The position numbers and the translations under genes were made by a program. From contig DAOVKB010000001.1 of NCBI GenBank assembly GCA_030631995.1, forward strand, positions 1,136-65,135: a DNA stretch of 64,000 nucleotides, read 5' to 3'. Below are positions 28,410-38,869 of the stretch, piece by piece; the first letter of the stretch is position 1; each line of letters begins with the position of its first letter. The notes beneath the pieces were generated by a model, which ran no database searches, had not been told where the DNA came from, and saw only the letters and a list, made by a program, of their open reading frames with translations. The stretch comes from an archaeon. GTDB lineage: Archaea > Asgardarchaeota > Heimdallarchaeia > Heimdallarchaeales > Heimdallarchaeaceae.

Positions 28410-28832
28410 CTATGAAGAAGCAACCTCAGTTATCAATTCTTCAAGAGTTTTGCTTCCTTCTTTTGCAACTTTCATATTAATTTGATAGGATACTTCTGAG
28501 ATTATGTTTCCTCTAACTGATTTCTTAACTCGTCTTCCCTTTCGTGGAACGCGATAACCAGTTCCACCTTTGAGGAGGTATTTTCTTCTTCCAGAACCTT
28601 CGATACTTGCTCTGTGCGGAAAACCGTCTGTATCACTTCCACCAGTAATGATTAGCTCATAATTTGGTAATCCTATAAGATCTCCATCAACCTTTGCTCC
28701 GATTTGTAAACCAATTAAAGAGTTTGCTTGAGCTTCTCTAACTATTTTTGTGTGACACTTTCCGTTTTTATCTCCAATATTAAGTTTAAATTCTAGTTGC
28801 CTTGAATCTCTTGACATTTTGATATTCCTCAA
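28410..28832 (-). CDS. rps6e: Ribosomal protein S6e
   Basis: GGSDTDGFPHR (GGxDKQGFPM-type) motif and overall S6e pattern. Confidence 0.85.
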   Translation of the reverse strand: MRNIKMSRDSRQLEFKLNIGDKNGKCHTKIVREAQANSLIGLQIGAKVDGDLIGLPNYELIITGGSDTDGFPHRASIEGSGRRKYLLKGGTGYRVPRKGRRVKKSVRGNIISEVSYQINMKVAKEGSKTLEELITEVASS

Positions 28833-29008
28833 TAACTTGCTTTATACTACAACTAATAGTATCGAATAATTATTATCCAAGTATTATGTTTTTAACGGTT
28901 TTTATCTTTAACAAATTATTTTCAAGAGAAACTGGCATAATTATGTAAAAAAAATCATTTTTTAGAGAAAATTTAGTCTGAATTTTGCATTTAGAATATT
29001 CAGCCAAG

Positions 29009-29016
29009 TTTAAATA
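29009..29016 (+). promoter_or_regulatory. TATA-box-like element upstream of tfb
   Basis: tttaaata, ~45 nt upstream of the tfb ATG. A second A/T box (ttaaaata, ~29034) lies closer. Archaeal BRE/TATA spacing cannot be fixed without a mapped TSS. Confidence 0.25.
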
Positions 29017-29057
29017 TGTGATAGTTAAAATATAGTCCAGACTGATTCGGTGTATGT

Positions 29058-30005
29058 ATGACTCCTGAGCCAATTAATGTTACTAGCAGTTTAGAACCGT
29101 CACTTCCTCGATGCCCCGATTGCAATTCTACAAAACTAACTTTTGATTCCTCTAGAGGAGAAATAAGTTGTGGAAATTGTGGGTTAGTTGTAGAGGATTC
29201 TTATATTGATCAAACTGCTGAATGGAGAGCATATTCAAAGGATCAACACGTCAAAAGAGCAAGAACAGGAACACCAAAAAACCTTCTTAGTTACGATCAT
29301 TATGGTACCCTTATCGATTATTCAAACAAAGATATCTATGGCAACTCTCTCTCACCAGAGAAAGCTAGCCAAATGTTTCGATTGAGAACACTACAAAGAA
29401 GAGCAGTGCTTCAATATGGAACAGAAAGAAATCTTTTAAGAGCTTTGAATGAGATTAAGAGAATTAGTAGCCAATTAAATTTAACAGTGAAGGTTAGAGA
29501 AACAGCAGCAATGATTTATCGTAAGATTTTGAAAACTGGATTAGTGAGAGGGAGATCAACAGAAGCATTGGTTTCTGCAGCACTTTATTTATCATGTAGA
29601 TTACATAAACATCCAGCAAGTCTTGATGATGTTGCAGATAAAACTCGCTTAACCAAAAAGAAATTAGCAAAAAATTTCAGGTTGCTATTAAAACACTTGG
29701 ATTTGAAAATGCCACTAGCAAGTCCAGAAAGCAGTATTGCTAAATTTGCTTCAATATTGAATTTTTCGCCAAAAGTTCTATCAGATGCTCAGAATATTTT
29801 AGCTTTAGCAAAAGCAGCAAAAATAACAGTTGGAAAAAATCCTAACTCACTTGCAGCAGCTGCTTTGTATATTTCAGCCTTACAAAACAAAATTAAATGC
29901 CCACAAAATGAAATTGCTAAAACGTGTCAAATCACTGAAGTCACTCTACGGAATAGATACAAAGAATTCATACGAGTTCTAAAACTAAGAGTAAATATTT
30001 TGTAA
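29058..30005 (+). CDS. tfb: Transcription initiation factor TFB (TFIIB homolog)
   Basis: N-terminal Zn ribbon CPDCNS...CGNCG, B-reader/linker, two cyclin-fold repeats; 315 aa. Confidence 0.9.
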   Translation: MTPEPINVTSSLEPSLPRCPDCNSTKLTFDSSRGEISCGNCGLVVEDSYIDQTAEWRAYSKDQHVKRARTGTPKNLLSYDHYGTLIDYSNKDIYGNSLSPEKASQMFRLRTLQRRAVLQYGTERNLLRALNEIKRISSQLNLTVKVRETAAMIYRKILKTGLVRGRSTEALVSAALYLSCRLHKHPASLDDVADKTRLTKKKLAKNFRLLLKHLDLKMPLASPESSIAKFASILNFSPKVLSDAQNILALAKAAKITVGKNPNSLAAAALYISALQNKIKCPQNEIAKTCQITEVTLRNRYKEFIRVLKLRVNIL

Positions 30006-30416
30006 TCAATAATTGAGAACTTTTATTATAGCTACATCTTTTACTTCAGCAATAGATTCTAAGATATCCTTTATATCATCAATTTCTTTGGTCAAATCCT
30101 TTTCTTGCAGAAAGCCTTCCCAGAAACATCTATTCTCAACTAAACATAGACCTGTACTGTAAATAACCTTGGCAGCGAACTCCGAAATTTTTGTCATAAT
30201 TTTCGCAACTATTTCAGGAGTTAAAGGATAAATTTGAATACTAAGTTTGTAAGCATCGGAAATTACAGGAAAGAAGTATACAGCTCGAGCATTCATGGAA
30301 TATATGCTTAGTATGCTATTTGATTTAGTCATTTCAGAGAGTGCAGCAATGACAGTATCAGAAATTTTGACATCATCTGCAGTTTTGTATATTGAAGAAT
30401 GGGTCAGTTCTTCCAT
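30006..30416 (-). CDS. Hypothetical protein (136 aa), unassigned small alpha/beta domain
   Basis: No recognisable motif; might be Roadblock/ACT-like but I cannot support that. Confidence 0.25.
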   Translation of the reverse strand: MEELTHSSIYKTADDVKISDTVIAALSEMTKSNSILSIYSMNARAVYFFPVISDAYKLSIQIYPLTPEIVAKIMTKISEFAAKVIYSTGLCLVENRCFWEGFLQEKDLTKEIDDIKDILESIAEVKDVAIIKVLNY

Positions 30417-30545
30417 AATATATTCACCTAAGTAGGTTTTACAATTGAGTAATATTACTATTAATTACTTACATTTGACTATATTGTATTAGCATTTAAC
30501 TCTTTCCTCAATTGAAGTCAATAGAGAAAGCGAAAGAGTCTAATA

Positions 30546-31136
30546 ATGAGAAGTACAACAAATAATAGAATGGAATTATTTTTTGTAACACATAACGAAG
30601 CAAAATACAAAGAGGCAAAACAAATTGGTCTAGAGTATAATCTTAAGATAAACTGGATTAATATAGAATATGAAGAAAACCAGGAGGACGACATTGAAAA
30701 GATTGCACTATTTAGTTGCAACAGCTTAATCAAAAAAAATCCTGAAATAAAAGCAAAGAATTTCTTTCTTGAGGATGCGGGATTGTTTATAGATGCATTT
30801 AATGGATTTCCAGGCCCTTATTCTTCTTATGTTTTCCAAAAAATCGGTAATAAAGGAATATTAACCTTGATGAAGAAGAAAGAAAATAGAAAAGCAAGAT
30901 TCAAATCTGTTGCCGCATTATATTATGAAGGAGAGATTACACTCCACCATGGAGTTACTGAAGGAGAAATAGTATGTGAAGAGAAGGGGGGAGAAGGATT
31001 TGGATTCGATCCTATTTTCCAGCCAATTTCAAGCCATCAAACCTTTGCGGAGATGTCTCTCAAAACCAAGAATTTATATTCCCACCGTCAAAAGTCACTT
31101 CGAGAGTTATTCATCTCAAAAACCACCTTCGCTTAA
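30546..31136 (+). CDS. Non-canonical purine NTP pyrophosphatase (Ham1/ITPase, RdgB)
   Basis: FVTHNEAKYKE...FLEDAGLFIDAFNGFPGPYSSY...GFGFDPIFQP motifs. Confidence 0.8.
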   Translation: MRSTTNNRMELFFVTHNEAKYKEAKQIGLEYNLKINWINIEYEENQEDDIEKIALFSCNSLIKKNPEIKAKNFFLEDAGLFIDAFNGFPGPYSSYVFQKIGNKGILTLMKKKENRKARFKSVAALYYEGEITLHHGVTEGEIVCEEKGGEGFGFDPIFQPISSHQTFAEMSLKTKNLYSHRQKSLRELFISKTTFA

Positions 31137-31157
31137 AAATCAAACACGGTGAAATAG

Positions 31158-31610
31158 ATGGCAAGGATGCATGCAAGGAAAAGAGGAAAAGCTAGTTCAA
31201 CAAGACCTTATAGAAGCCAAGCACCCGAATGGTTATCCCATGATAAAAAATTCGTTAGTAAAAAAGTAGAAGAATTACGAAGGCAAGGGCAAACAGCTGC
31301 CATGATAGGAGTAATTCTTCGAGACCAATACGGAGTACCTAATGTAAAAGAAGTTTTAGGAACTAAAATGGCTACAATAGTTGATGATCTCAATTTAAGT
31401 CCAAAGTATCCTGAGGATTTAGTAAATTTAGTAAAAAGAGCTAGTAATCTTAGAAAACATCTTGAAGATAATAGGAAAGATTTACACAGCAAAAGAGGAT
31501 TACAACTCATTGAATCAAAAATACGAAGGTTGGTCAAATATTATAAGAAGAAAGGTATTTTTGCACCTGATTGGAAGTATGATCCACAAAAAGCTGGATT
31601 ACTACTCTAA
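31158..31610 (+). CDS. rps15: Ribosomal protein S15 (uS15 / S13e)
   Basis: MARMHARKRGKASSTRPY N-terminus typical of the archaeal/eukaryotic S13e N-domain, plus the S15 C-domain. Confidence 0.85.
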   Translation: MARMHARKRGKASSTRPYRSQAPEWLSHDKKFVSKKVEELRRQGQTAAMIGVILRDQYGVPNVKEVLGTKMATIVDDLNLSPKYPEDLVNLVKRASNLRKHLEDNRKDLHSKRGLQLIESKIRRLVKYYKKKGIFAPDWKYDPQKAGLLL

Positions 31611-31666
31611 GATGCGATATTTTTTTATCCTTCATATCCTATTTTTATTGGAAATAGTGAAAACTA

Positions 31667-33169
31667 ATGCCACCTATAGATATCCCTTTTGAGAAATATC
31701 AATCATTAAAAGATAAAGCGAAAGAAATCGCAGATATTTTACAAAACCTAAATAGAAATGTTGTTGTTATAGCAAGAGGAACTCCAGATGATTTATGTGC
31801 AACAGGTATTTTGTTAAAGAATCTGCGTAATTTGGATATTGGAGCTCATTCTTTATTTGTCGATGAGACAACTAATCTAGAAAGAAAGATTAAAAATTTT
31901 GATTATTCAGCCTATTTCTTCATAGGTTGTAATATTGAAGATATTCCAGAATTAGTTATAAAAGAAGAAAAAAACATCATTGTTATTGTAAATCAAGAAC
32001 TAACTTTTTCAAAAGAAATGGAAAGAAGAAAAGAAAATGTAAGTTATTTAAATTTAGAAGAGTTAGAAATTCCATTGGGATTGGTTTCAAATGCAGGACT
32101 TGTTTATTTTGTTTCAGCAAACATAGATGATGATTATCCAAAATATGCAGGGTTAGCAATAATTGGTGGATTATCTAAGAAACAAGTCAACCCAAAAAAT
32201 CAGGAGTTAATAGGTTTGAATAAGATAATCCTAGAAGAAGGAAGGGAGAAACAATACTTGGACATATCGAAGGGAACTAGAATCTCGGGAAGAGAGAGTC
32301 AACCAATCCATTTAGCGCTTAAGTATTCAATAAATCCTTATTTCCCAGGACTCACGGGTAATGAAAGTGCTTGCACATCCTTCGTTTCACGATTAGGAAT
32401 ACCAATGAGAGATCAAGAGGACAATTGGAGAACAATAGCATCTCTGTCCTCAAAGGAAACAAAGAAACTCAACGATGGTTTGATATCTTTGCTCATGGAA
32501 AATAACAATCACCCTCTTTCCGATATTCATAAACTCATTGGACCAATCTATACACTAACTCAAGAAACAAAGAAGAATCAAACAAGAAATGCAGAAGAAT
32601 TCTTACGGCTCTTGGATGGTGCATGTAACCTCAAATTATATGGTTTGGCTTTGGGAGTTGTATTAGGGGATAGAACTAAATTATTTGATAAATTAAATCG
32701 GAGACTAAGCGATTACCATGGCAAAGCTACTCAAGCAATTGAAATAATAGCAAAGGAACCAGAAAAAATCGAAGAAAGAAAGAATTATCGGTTTCTTGAT
32801 GGAAGCAATGTTTTCGAAAATAGAACAGCAAAACAGGTTATAGATGCCTTGGTTGAAAGTGGCATAATGCCAATAGATAAACCAATAATTGTTCTCTTGA
32901 AAGTGGGAAAGAAGATTCATCTACATGTTAGGGAATCACCAATAAACATCCAAAAAGGCCATCTTATTTATCATGCATTTGAGAAGTTAAAACAAGAAGA
33001 TATTTTGTTAGATCACAAGGGAGAATTGGAAACATTTGAAGTTGTTCTGGATGAAAATAAATTAAGCTCAGTATTCGAGAGTATTGTAAAATCTCTTGAG
33101 TATTATGAGAAAGGTGAAACAAAGGACTCAGAAGAGGAAAATGAAAAGAGTAAAGAAAAGAAGAAGTAG
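31667..33169 (+). CDS. RecJ/Cdc45-like (GAN-like) protein, possibly catalytically inactive DHH-family member
   Basis: 500 aa immediately downstream of rps15, the conserved position of the archaeal RecJ/Cdc45 homolog. I cannot find intact DHH/DxD motifs, so it may be a non-catalytic Cdc45-like form. C-terminal K/E-rich tail. Confidence 0.35.
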   Translation: MPPIDIPFEKYQSLKDKAKEIADILQNLNRNVVVIARGTPDDLCATGILLKNLRNLDIGAHSLFVDETTNLERKIKNFDYSAYFFIGCNIEDIPELVIKEEKNIIVIVNQELTFSKEMERRKENVSYLNLEELEIPLGLVSNAGLVYFVSANIDDDYPKYAGLAIIGGLSKKQVNPKNQELIGLNKIILEEGREKQYLDISKGTRISGRESQPIHLALKYSINPYFPGLTGNESACTSFVSRLGIPMRDQEDNWRTIASLSSKETKKLNDGLISLLMENNNHPLSDIHKLIGPIYTLTQETKKNQTRNAEEFLRLLDGACNLKLYGLALGVVLGDRTKLFDKLNRRLSDYHGKATQAIEIIAKEPEKIEERKNYRFLDGSNVFENRTAKQVIDALVESGIMPIDKPIIVLLKVGKKIHLHVRESPINIQKGHLIYHAFEKLKQEDILLDHKGELETFEVVLDENKLSSVFESIVKSLEYYEKGETKDSEEENEKSKEKKK

Positions 33170-33175
33170 TACATT

Positions 33176-33433
33176 ATGACATTCTTATCAAAAAAAATCA
33201 AATTTGTAATTGAGTGCCTTGATAATGAACTAGCTCGAATTATTAAAGAAACCCTCGAGCCTGAAAACAAATTATTAGGAGAAAAAACAAAGATAAAAAC
33301 AGTCACAGATAAGAATAGTGTCATAATCGAAATTCAATCATCAGCAAGCATATCTTCACTTAGACACACAATTGATGATATTGTACATACAGTAGCTACC
33401 ATAGAGGGAGTATATAAATCAGTAAATAATTAA
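33176..33433 (+). CDS. Second Pcc1-family protein (Pcc1 paralog, 'Pcc2'-like KEOPS subunit)
   Basis: 85 aa. Same topology as Pcc1, with C-terminal SSASISSLRHTIDDIVHTV aligning to the A-D-S-x-x-LRA-x-x-NS-x-LR motif (diverged). Confidence 0.4.
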   Translation: MTFLSKKIKFVIECLDNELARIIKETLEPENKLLGEKTKIKTVTDKNSVIIEIQSSASISSLRHTIDDIVHTVATIEGVYKSVNN

Positions 33434-33506
33434 AAATTAACATATTAATCATAATGTTTAAAATCAAAAGAAATGAGAAGAGAACAACATCATAGAGGTT
33501 ATATCA

Positions 33507-34136
33507 TTGTCATCTCGGAGACCAAGTCGAAAAACAAAAGGAAAAGTTGTTGACAAATGGAAAGAAAAATCATGGTATGAAGTAATTGCCCCTAGCTACA
33601 TTACAGATAAACCACTTGGAGAAACACCTGCTAGCGAGCCTGAAAAATTATTCGGAAGAGTTATTGAAATGGCTAAAATGGGTGTAGTAGAAGATTTGTA
33701 TCATGATATCAATCTAAAAGTAAGATTTAAAATTACCAAAGTCGAAGGTAATGTTTGTAGAACTGAGTTTGTTGGGCATGAAGTAGCTAAAGAACAGATC
33801 AGGTCACAAATAAGAAGAAATAGATCAAAGGTTGAAGCAATTCAAAATGTAGTTACAAAAGATAAAGCAAGACTAAGAGTTTCATCCATTGTAATCACCC
33901 CTATTAGATGTGGTGCAAGCACTCAAAAAGACGTCAGAAAATCCATAGAAGACATTGTTAGAGAAATCGCTAAAGAGCAAAAATTTGTGGATTTTGCTAA
34001 GAATATGGTAAACGGTTCTATTTCTTCAGAACTTAAGAAAGCAGTAGGTAAAATTTATCCTATAGTTTTAGTAGAAGTTAGAAAAAGCAAAGTATTAGTT
34101 TTACCTGATACTAAAGGAGCTACTGCAGCTTCCTAA
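33507..34136 (+). CDS. rps3ae: Ribosomal protein S3Ae (eS1)
   Basis: KWKEKSWYEVIAP start and overall S3Ae pattern; 209 aa. Confidence 0.85.
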   Translation: MSSRRPSRKTKGKVVDKWKEKSWYEVIAPSYITDKPLGETPASEPEKLFGRVIEMAKMGVVEDLYHDINLKVRFKITKVEGNVCRTEFVGHEVAKEQIRSQIRRNRSKVEAIQNVVTKDKARLRVSSIVITPIRCGASTQKDVRKSIEDIVREIAKEQKFVDFAKNMVNGSISSELKKAVGKIYPIVLVEVRKSKVLVLPDTKGATAAS

Positions 34137-34161
34137 CTTTCTTTTTAAGAAAATTTACAAG

Positions 34162-35361
34162 CTATTTTACAGCGGCTACAATTCTAATTACATCGTTATT
34201 TTGTACTTCGTAATCTGCACCAATTCTTCTCCCTGAAGGAGCAAGTTGTCCATGAATGAAATTTTTTGCAAAATCTGTGTGGATTTTTGCAGCTAACTCT
34301 ATAGTAGTCGTTCCTTTAGGAACAAGAAATGCATCCGGTAGAACATTTTCTGACTTATCTGTGAATTTAGTTATATCTTCAACAGGATAAACAACAATCA
34401 TATCTAGTAGAGTGAAGACAACATGAGATAATACCTCTTGAACACCAGTAGAACCATACTTGACAAGTAAATCCGTCTTAATCTTTTGAATTAAAGACTC
34501 TTTCTTATCTCCTAATTTTTCTCTATCTATTATCTCGAAATCTGAATCCCCTAGAGAATATGAAATGGTTTTATTTTCTTGTTCGTTTCTCAGAAAAACC
34601 TCAGCAAGTGCAGAAATTGGAAAGACACCTGAGGGTATCTTCTCTTTCATATTTAAATAATTTTTATGAGAATCCGGTTGGTCAATCTTATTTGCTACTA
34701 TAATAATTGGTTTAGATTTATTCCTAATATTAGTAACTAACTCTGGTAATTTTTCATCCCATGTTGAAGCATCGTTATCTACCATTCCTACTTCTCTAAT
34801 TGATTCTTCAATGTGGTGTTTTTTTATAGCTAATCCTGTTAGCTTATCGTATAATAGATTTGAAAACATTAGCTTTTCAGCTGATGCTTTCTTTTTCATA
34901 GTTTCATAATCTCTCTTTATAATTGCTAAAATCCAAGCATTAATTTCCTCTTCTAAGAACTTCACATCATCTAGTGGATCCCAAGAACCCTTATCAACAA
35001 CATTTCCTTCAGCGTCTAATGAACCACTCGCGTCAACTACGTGTATAAGAACATCTGCTTGTCGAAGATCATCCAGAAATTTATTTCCCAATCCTCTTCC
35101 TTCAGAAGCCCCAGGCACCAGTCCCGCGACATCTAAGAATTGGATTGGTAGGAATCTTATACCATCTTCGCACAATGAGTTTTTGGGATCATCTGTAACA
35201 CCAAGTTCCTTACACACACATGGACTACGAACATAAGCTGTACCTCGATTTGGTTCAATTGTTGTAAATGGATAATCCCCTACTTTTGCATTAACCATAG
35301 TAAGAGCATTAAGAAAAGTGCTTTTACCGCAACTAGGTTTACCTACTATTCCAATTAACAT
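34162..35361 (-). CDS. Obg-family P-loop GTPase with C-terminal TGS domain (YchF/OLA1- or DRG-like)
   Basis: G1 GKPSCGKSTFLNALT, G3 DVAGLV, G4 NKID. Helical insertion between G3 and G4 as in YchF. C-terminal TGS-like beta-grasp (GADYEVQNNDVIRIV). Confidence 0.6.
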   Translation of the reverse strand: MLIGIVGKPSCGKSTFLNALTMVNAKVGDYPFTTIEPNRGTAYVRSPCVCKELGVTDDPKNSLCEDGIRFLPIQFLDVAGLVPGASEGRGLGNKFLDDLRQADVLIHVVDASGSLDAEGNVVDKGSWDPLDDVKFLEEEINAWILAIIKRDYETMKKKASAEKLMFSNLLYDKLTGLAIKKHHIEESIREVGMVDNDASTWDEKLPELVTNIRNKSKPIIIVANKIDQPDSHKNYLNMKEKIPSGVFPISALAEVFLRNEQENKTISYSLGDSDFEIIDREKLGDKKESLIQKIKTDLLVKYGSTGVQEVLSHVVFTLLDMIVVYPVEDITKFTDKSENVLPDAFLVPKGTTTIELAAKIHTDFAKNFIHGQLAPSGRRIGADYEVQNNDVIRIVAAVK

Positions 35362-35470
35362 TATTCTTTTTTTAGATTATTGGAATAAAGGTTTTTTGTA
35401 TAATTTGCCTTTTTTATAAGAATATTTACTAGAACTCAATCCTTTTTAGTTGTTATTCTTCAGTTGAGTT

Positions 35471-35827
35471 ATGGAAGAAAAAGAAAAAGAATCGAGAGAA
35501 TCTGAAATAAAGGAGGAAGAATTCGGAGATCATTTTCCAGTTCTTTCTAGAGAGATTAAGGAAGGCGAAAAAAATATTTCAGAGAGTGAGATGCGCACAG
35601 TTTCTGGTTCCAAAAAAGATAGAAGATTTCAAGGTTATACTCCAGGTGTTGTAGATTTCCTATGCCGTTGTGAAACTGAAGAGGAAGCAATGGAAATTAT
35701 AGAGTATATGCTAAAGAAGGGAGATTTGACAGAAGAATATGCAAATATGTTAAAAAATCAATTAAAAGAAAAAGGACTGGAATTCTTTGGAGAGCACAGA
35801 AATCCAGGTTACTATGAAAAAGCGTAA
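35471..35827 (+). CDS. Hypothetical acidic small protein
   Basis: 118 aa, E/K-rich N-terminus, conserved-looking C-terminal half; no family assigned. Confidence 0.3.
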   Translation: MEEKEKESRESEIKEEEFGDHFPVLSREIKEGEKNISESEMRTVSGSKKDRRFQGYTPGVVDFLCRCETEEEAMEIIEYMLKKGDLTEEYANMLKNQLKEKGLEFFGEHRNPGYYEKA

Positions 35828-35853
35828 TTTTTTAAGCTAAACACAATCTCAAA

Positions 35854-37077
35854 TTACTTATCTTCTTCTTCCATCTTATAAGCAATCTCACCATTTATGA
35901 ATACCATTTTGTTTTCTGCATAGAAGTCTTCAATTGGGTGATTTGTCCAAATTACTATGTCAGCATCCTTTCCAGCTTCAAGACTACCTAATCTATCTCC
36001 TACACCAATCATCTCAGCAGCATTAGTGGTAATTGCTTTTAGAGCTTCATTAATTGGTAAACCCTCTTTAGCAGCCATACATGGAAGTATTTGAAAATGA
36101 CGTAATCGAGTAAAAGAATCGCTTTGAATAGAGATTCTTACGCCAGCTTTCCATAGTTTAAATGGAGTTTCAAAGGTTATGTTTCTTAATTCAACTTTTT
36201 CCATTCCAACTAAGGACGGTCCAAGTGAACAAGGAATATCTTTCTTTGCAATGTAATCAGCTATTTTATGACCTTCAGTAGCATGTACTAACATAAGATT
36301 ATAACCAAATTCCTCTTTAAAACGAATAGCAGTGACTATATCATTAGCTTGGTGGCAATGCATATTTAGAGGAATTTCATTTTTCAATACTTTCAGAATT
36401 ACTTCTTTTTTTAGATCTCTATCGGGTTCTGCTGGCATCTTATCGAGTTCACCAGTTTCTTCAGTCTGTTTCTTCTTCTTTTCATACTCTACCCATTTTT
36501 TAGCATAATTTTGTGCATCAATGAAAGCTTGACGGAACACAGCACCAGTACCCATTCTAGTGGAAGGCAATTTCTTATCTGAGCCATAAACTCTTTTTGG
36601 ATTTTCTCCAAGAGCGGATTTAAGAGATGAAGGTTCTTTGACAATTAAGTCATCTATAATTTTGCTTTTACACCAAGTTTTGATAATAACATTGGTTCCA
36701 CCAATGACATTTCCTGAACCAGGACCAGTTTGAATTGTAGTAACACCACCAATTCTAGCTTCTTCAAGAGCAGGGGTTTCAGGATTAATAGCATCTATGC
36801 TCCTCACTTGCGCAGTATTTGGATCAGTCATCTCGTTCCCATCAAAACCTGCCCAACCAACGGTTCCATCCCAGAGCCCTTGGTGAGTATGAGTGTCTAT
36901 AAAACCAGGTAAAACATAATTATTACTAGCATCTATTATTTCATAACCTTCAGGAGTTTCCTTTCCTTCCAAAACAGCTTCAATTTTACCGTTATTAATC
37001 AGGATAGTTCCTTCTTCAATAACTTTTTCGTCTTTATTTACGGTATAAATTTTACCGCCTACAACTGCGAATTTCAT
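35854..37077 (-). CDS. Amidohydrolase-superfamily metal-dependent hydrolase
   Basis: N-terminal composite beta-sandwich, FIDTHTHQ HxH metal motif and downstream His/Asp residues; 407 aa. Confidence 0.6.
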   Translation of the reverse strand: MKFAVVGGKIYTVNKDEKVIEEGTILINNGKIEAVLEGKETPEGYEIIDASNNYVLPGFIDTHTHQGLWDGTVGWAGFDGNEMTDPNTAQVRSIDAINPETPALEEARIGGVTTIQTGPGSGNVIGGTNVIIKTWCKSKIIDDLIVKEPSSLKSALGENPKRVYGSDKKLPSTRMGTGAVFRQAFIDAQNYAKKWVEYEKKKKQTEETGELDKMPAEPDRDLKKEVILKVLKNEIPLNMHCHQANDIVTAIRFKEEFGYNLMLVHATEGHKIADYIAKKDIPCSLGPSLVGMEKVELRNITFETPFKLWKAGVRISIQSDSFTRLRHFQILPCMAAKEGLPINEALKAITTNAAEMIGVGDRLGSLEAGKDADIVIWTNHPIEDFYAENKMVFINGEIAYKMEEEDK

Positions 37078-37214
37078 CTTAATTTAGCTCCTTCAAGGAA
37101 TTTTTAAACTGATTCCTCTGGATGTGTAATCAGAATATCTATTGTAAATTTACTTATCCTCTTTAAGAGTAGAGTTTAAAAATCAAATTATCTGTAAACT
37201 TTCAGTGAATAATT

Positions 37215-37547
37215 ATGAGCACAAATCTAGTTGAAAAGCTAAAGAAATTTGGTAAAGACATGAGTGAATGGGAAAAAATGCGTACAAGTGTTTCAGGTGT
37301 TTCCATTGTTAAACTTCCATCGAAAGGTGAAGACTTGAATTTTGGATTAGAACTCAATCCAGTTAATGAAGAAGGATTTCCGATGAAGAAAAAAGGCATA
37401 TATATTACATCAATTAATCAGTGGGAAGCGTTTAAGGAATTGTTCGATAGTCCTAAAGCTCTTGATCTTATAACAACTATTACAGAACTGAAAAGAGAAA
37501 AGGCAACAGGTACCTCAGAGCAACCAAAAGAAGTTTTTGAATTATAA
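37215..37547 (+). CDS. Hypothetical protein
   Basis: 110 aa; no motif recognised. Confidence 0.25.
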   Translation: MSTNLVEKLKKFGKDMSEWEKMRTSVSGVSIVKLPSKGEDLNFGLELNPVNEEGFPMKKKGIYITSINQWEAFKELFDSPKALDLITTITELKREKATGTSEQPKEVFEL

Positions 37548-37567
37548 ATAGTAAAAGGTGAAAAACA

Positions 37568-38869
37568 GTGAAAGCAATTCTCCTTGCAGCTGGTGAGGGT
37601 TTAAGGCTAAGACCATTAACTGAAACTATCCCTAAACCGTTACTTAAGGTGTTAGGAGAACCTATACTTAAAAGATCCATTGTTGGGTTGAATAAGTACG
37701 GTATTGAGAATTTTATTATAATAACTAATTATCTGGAAGAACAGATAAAAGAGTATATTGGGGAAGAATTCCCAAACCTAAATATTGAATTTATTCACCA
37801 GGTAGAGATAAAAGGAACTGCAAATGCACTATTACTTGCTAAGAGCAAAATCGAAGAGGAGTTCTTAATAGCTGTAAATGGAGATTGTATCTATTCAGAT
37901 TCTTTAATTCAGAAAACTGTTGATGCCGCACAAAAAGGGATTATTTCAATTGGCGGTAAGTTTACAAAAGAAATTGCAAAATATGGTGCAATATTAACAG
38001 ACGAAAATAATGTTCCCGTGAAAATGATTGAAAAACCTTTGAAAGAAGAAATTAAGGAAGGTTTTGCTAACATAGGAATCTACTCACTAAGTAATGAAAT
38101 TTTTAGAATTATTGAACTGATGGAAAAAGACAATTCTGTATCACCGAGAGGTGAATACGAAATACCAGATGCTGTAAATGGTCTTTTTGAGACGAAAAAA
38201 TACAACTCACAACTTATACAACTTCAAGAAAATGATTACTGGTTTGATATTGGATGTCCTTGGAATTTACTAGATGCAAATGAAACCTTATTATCATTTT
38301 GTAAAGATGAAAGAGAGGGTACGATAGAAGACGGAGTTACTTTGAAAGGCACAATAATAATTAAAAAAGATGCTATCATTAGGAGTGGAGTATACATTGA
38401 AGGTCCTGTTTTTATCGATGAAGGTGCTGACATTGGTCCCAATTGCTATATTCGTAAATTCTCATATTTAGGTAAAAAATCAAGAATAGGAAATGGTTGC
38501 GAAATCAAAAACTCCATTATTGAAGATAATACTCATGCTGCCCATCTGTCTTATATTGGTGACTCCATTATTGGTTCCAATTGCAATTTTGGAGCAGGAA
38601 CAATTACAGCTAATCTTCGATTGGATAAAAAAACCATTCCCGTAAAAATTAAGGGAAACAAAGAAGATAGCAAGAAAAAAAAATTGGGAGCTATTGTAGG
38701 GGAAAGAGTAGAAACTGGAATTGGAGCATTATTAATGCCAGGAATTAAAATTGGAAGCGATTCCTGGATTGGTGCAGGTACAATAGTTGATGAAGATATT
38801 CCATCGGAATCGATCTATTTTGGTTCACAGAAGTATTCTCTAAGAAGGAAAAGAAAAAATGTTAATTAA
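37568..38869 (+). CDS. Sugar-1-phosphate nucleotidylyltransferase with C-terminal left-handed beta-helix (GlmU-like bifunctional NTP-transferase/acyltransferase)
   Basis: N-terminal LLAAGEGLRLRPLTETIPKPLL NTP-transferase motif; C-terminal hexapeptide repeats (IGPNCYI..., IGNGCEI..., IGSNCNF...). Confidence 0.7.
   Translation: MKAILLAAGEGLRLRPLTETIPKPLLKVLGEPILKRSIVGLNKYGIENFIIITNYLEEQIKEYIGEEFPNLNIEFIHQVEIKGTANALLLAKSKIEEEFLIAVNGDCIYSDSLIQKTVDAAQKGIISIGGKFTKEIAKYGAILTDENNVPVKMIEKPLKEEIKEGFANIGIYSLSNEIFRIIELMEKDNSVSPRGEYEIPDAVNGLFETKKYNSQLIQLQENDYWFDIGCPWNLLDANETLLSFCKDEREGTIEDGVTLKGTIIIKKDAIIRSGVYIEGPVFIDEGADIGPNCYIRKFSYLGKKSRIGNGCEIKNSIIEDNTHAAHLSYIGDSIIGSNCNFGAGTITANLRLDKKTIPVKIKGNKEDSKKKKLGAIVGERVETGIGALLMPGIKIGSDSWIGAGTIVDEDIPSESIYFGSQKYSLRRKRKNVN

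Noticed and set aside
30006-30416. Considered calling this 136-aa protein an Asgard profilin or Roadblock domain
   Set aside because: No alignment by eye to profilin N/C-terminal helices (no conserved Trp near the N-terminus) or to the Roadblock pattern seen at 47647..48165. Left as hypothetical.
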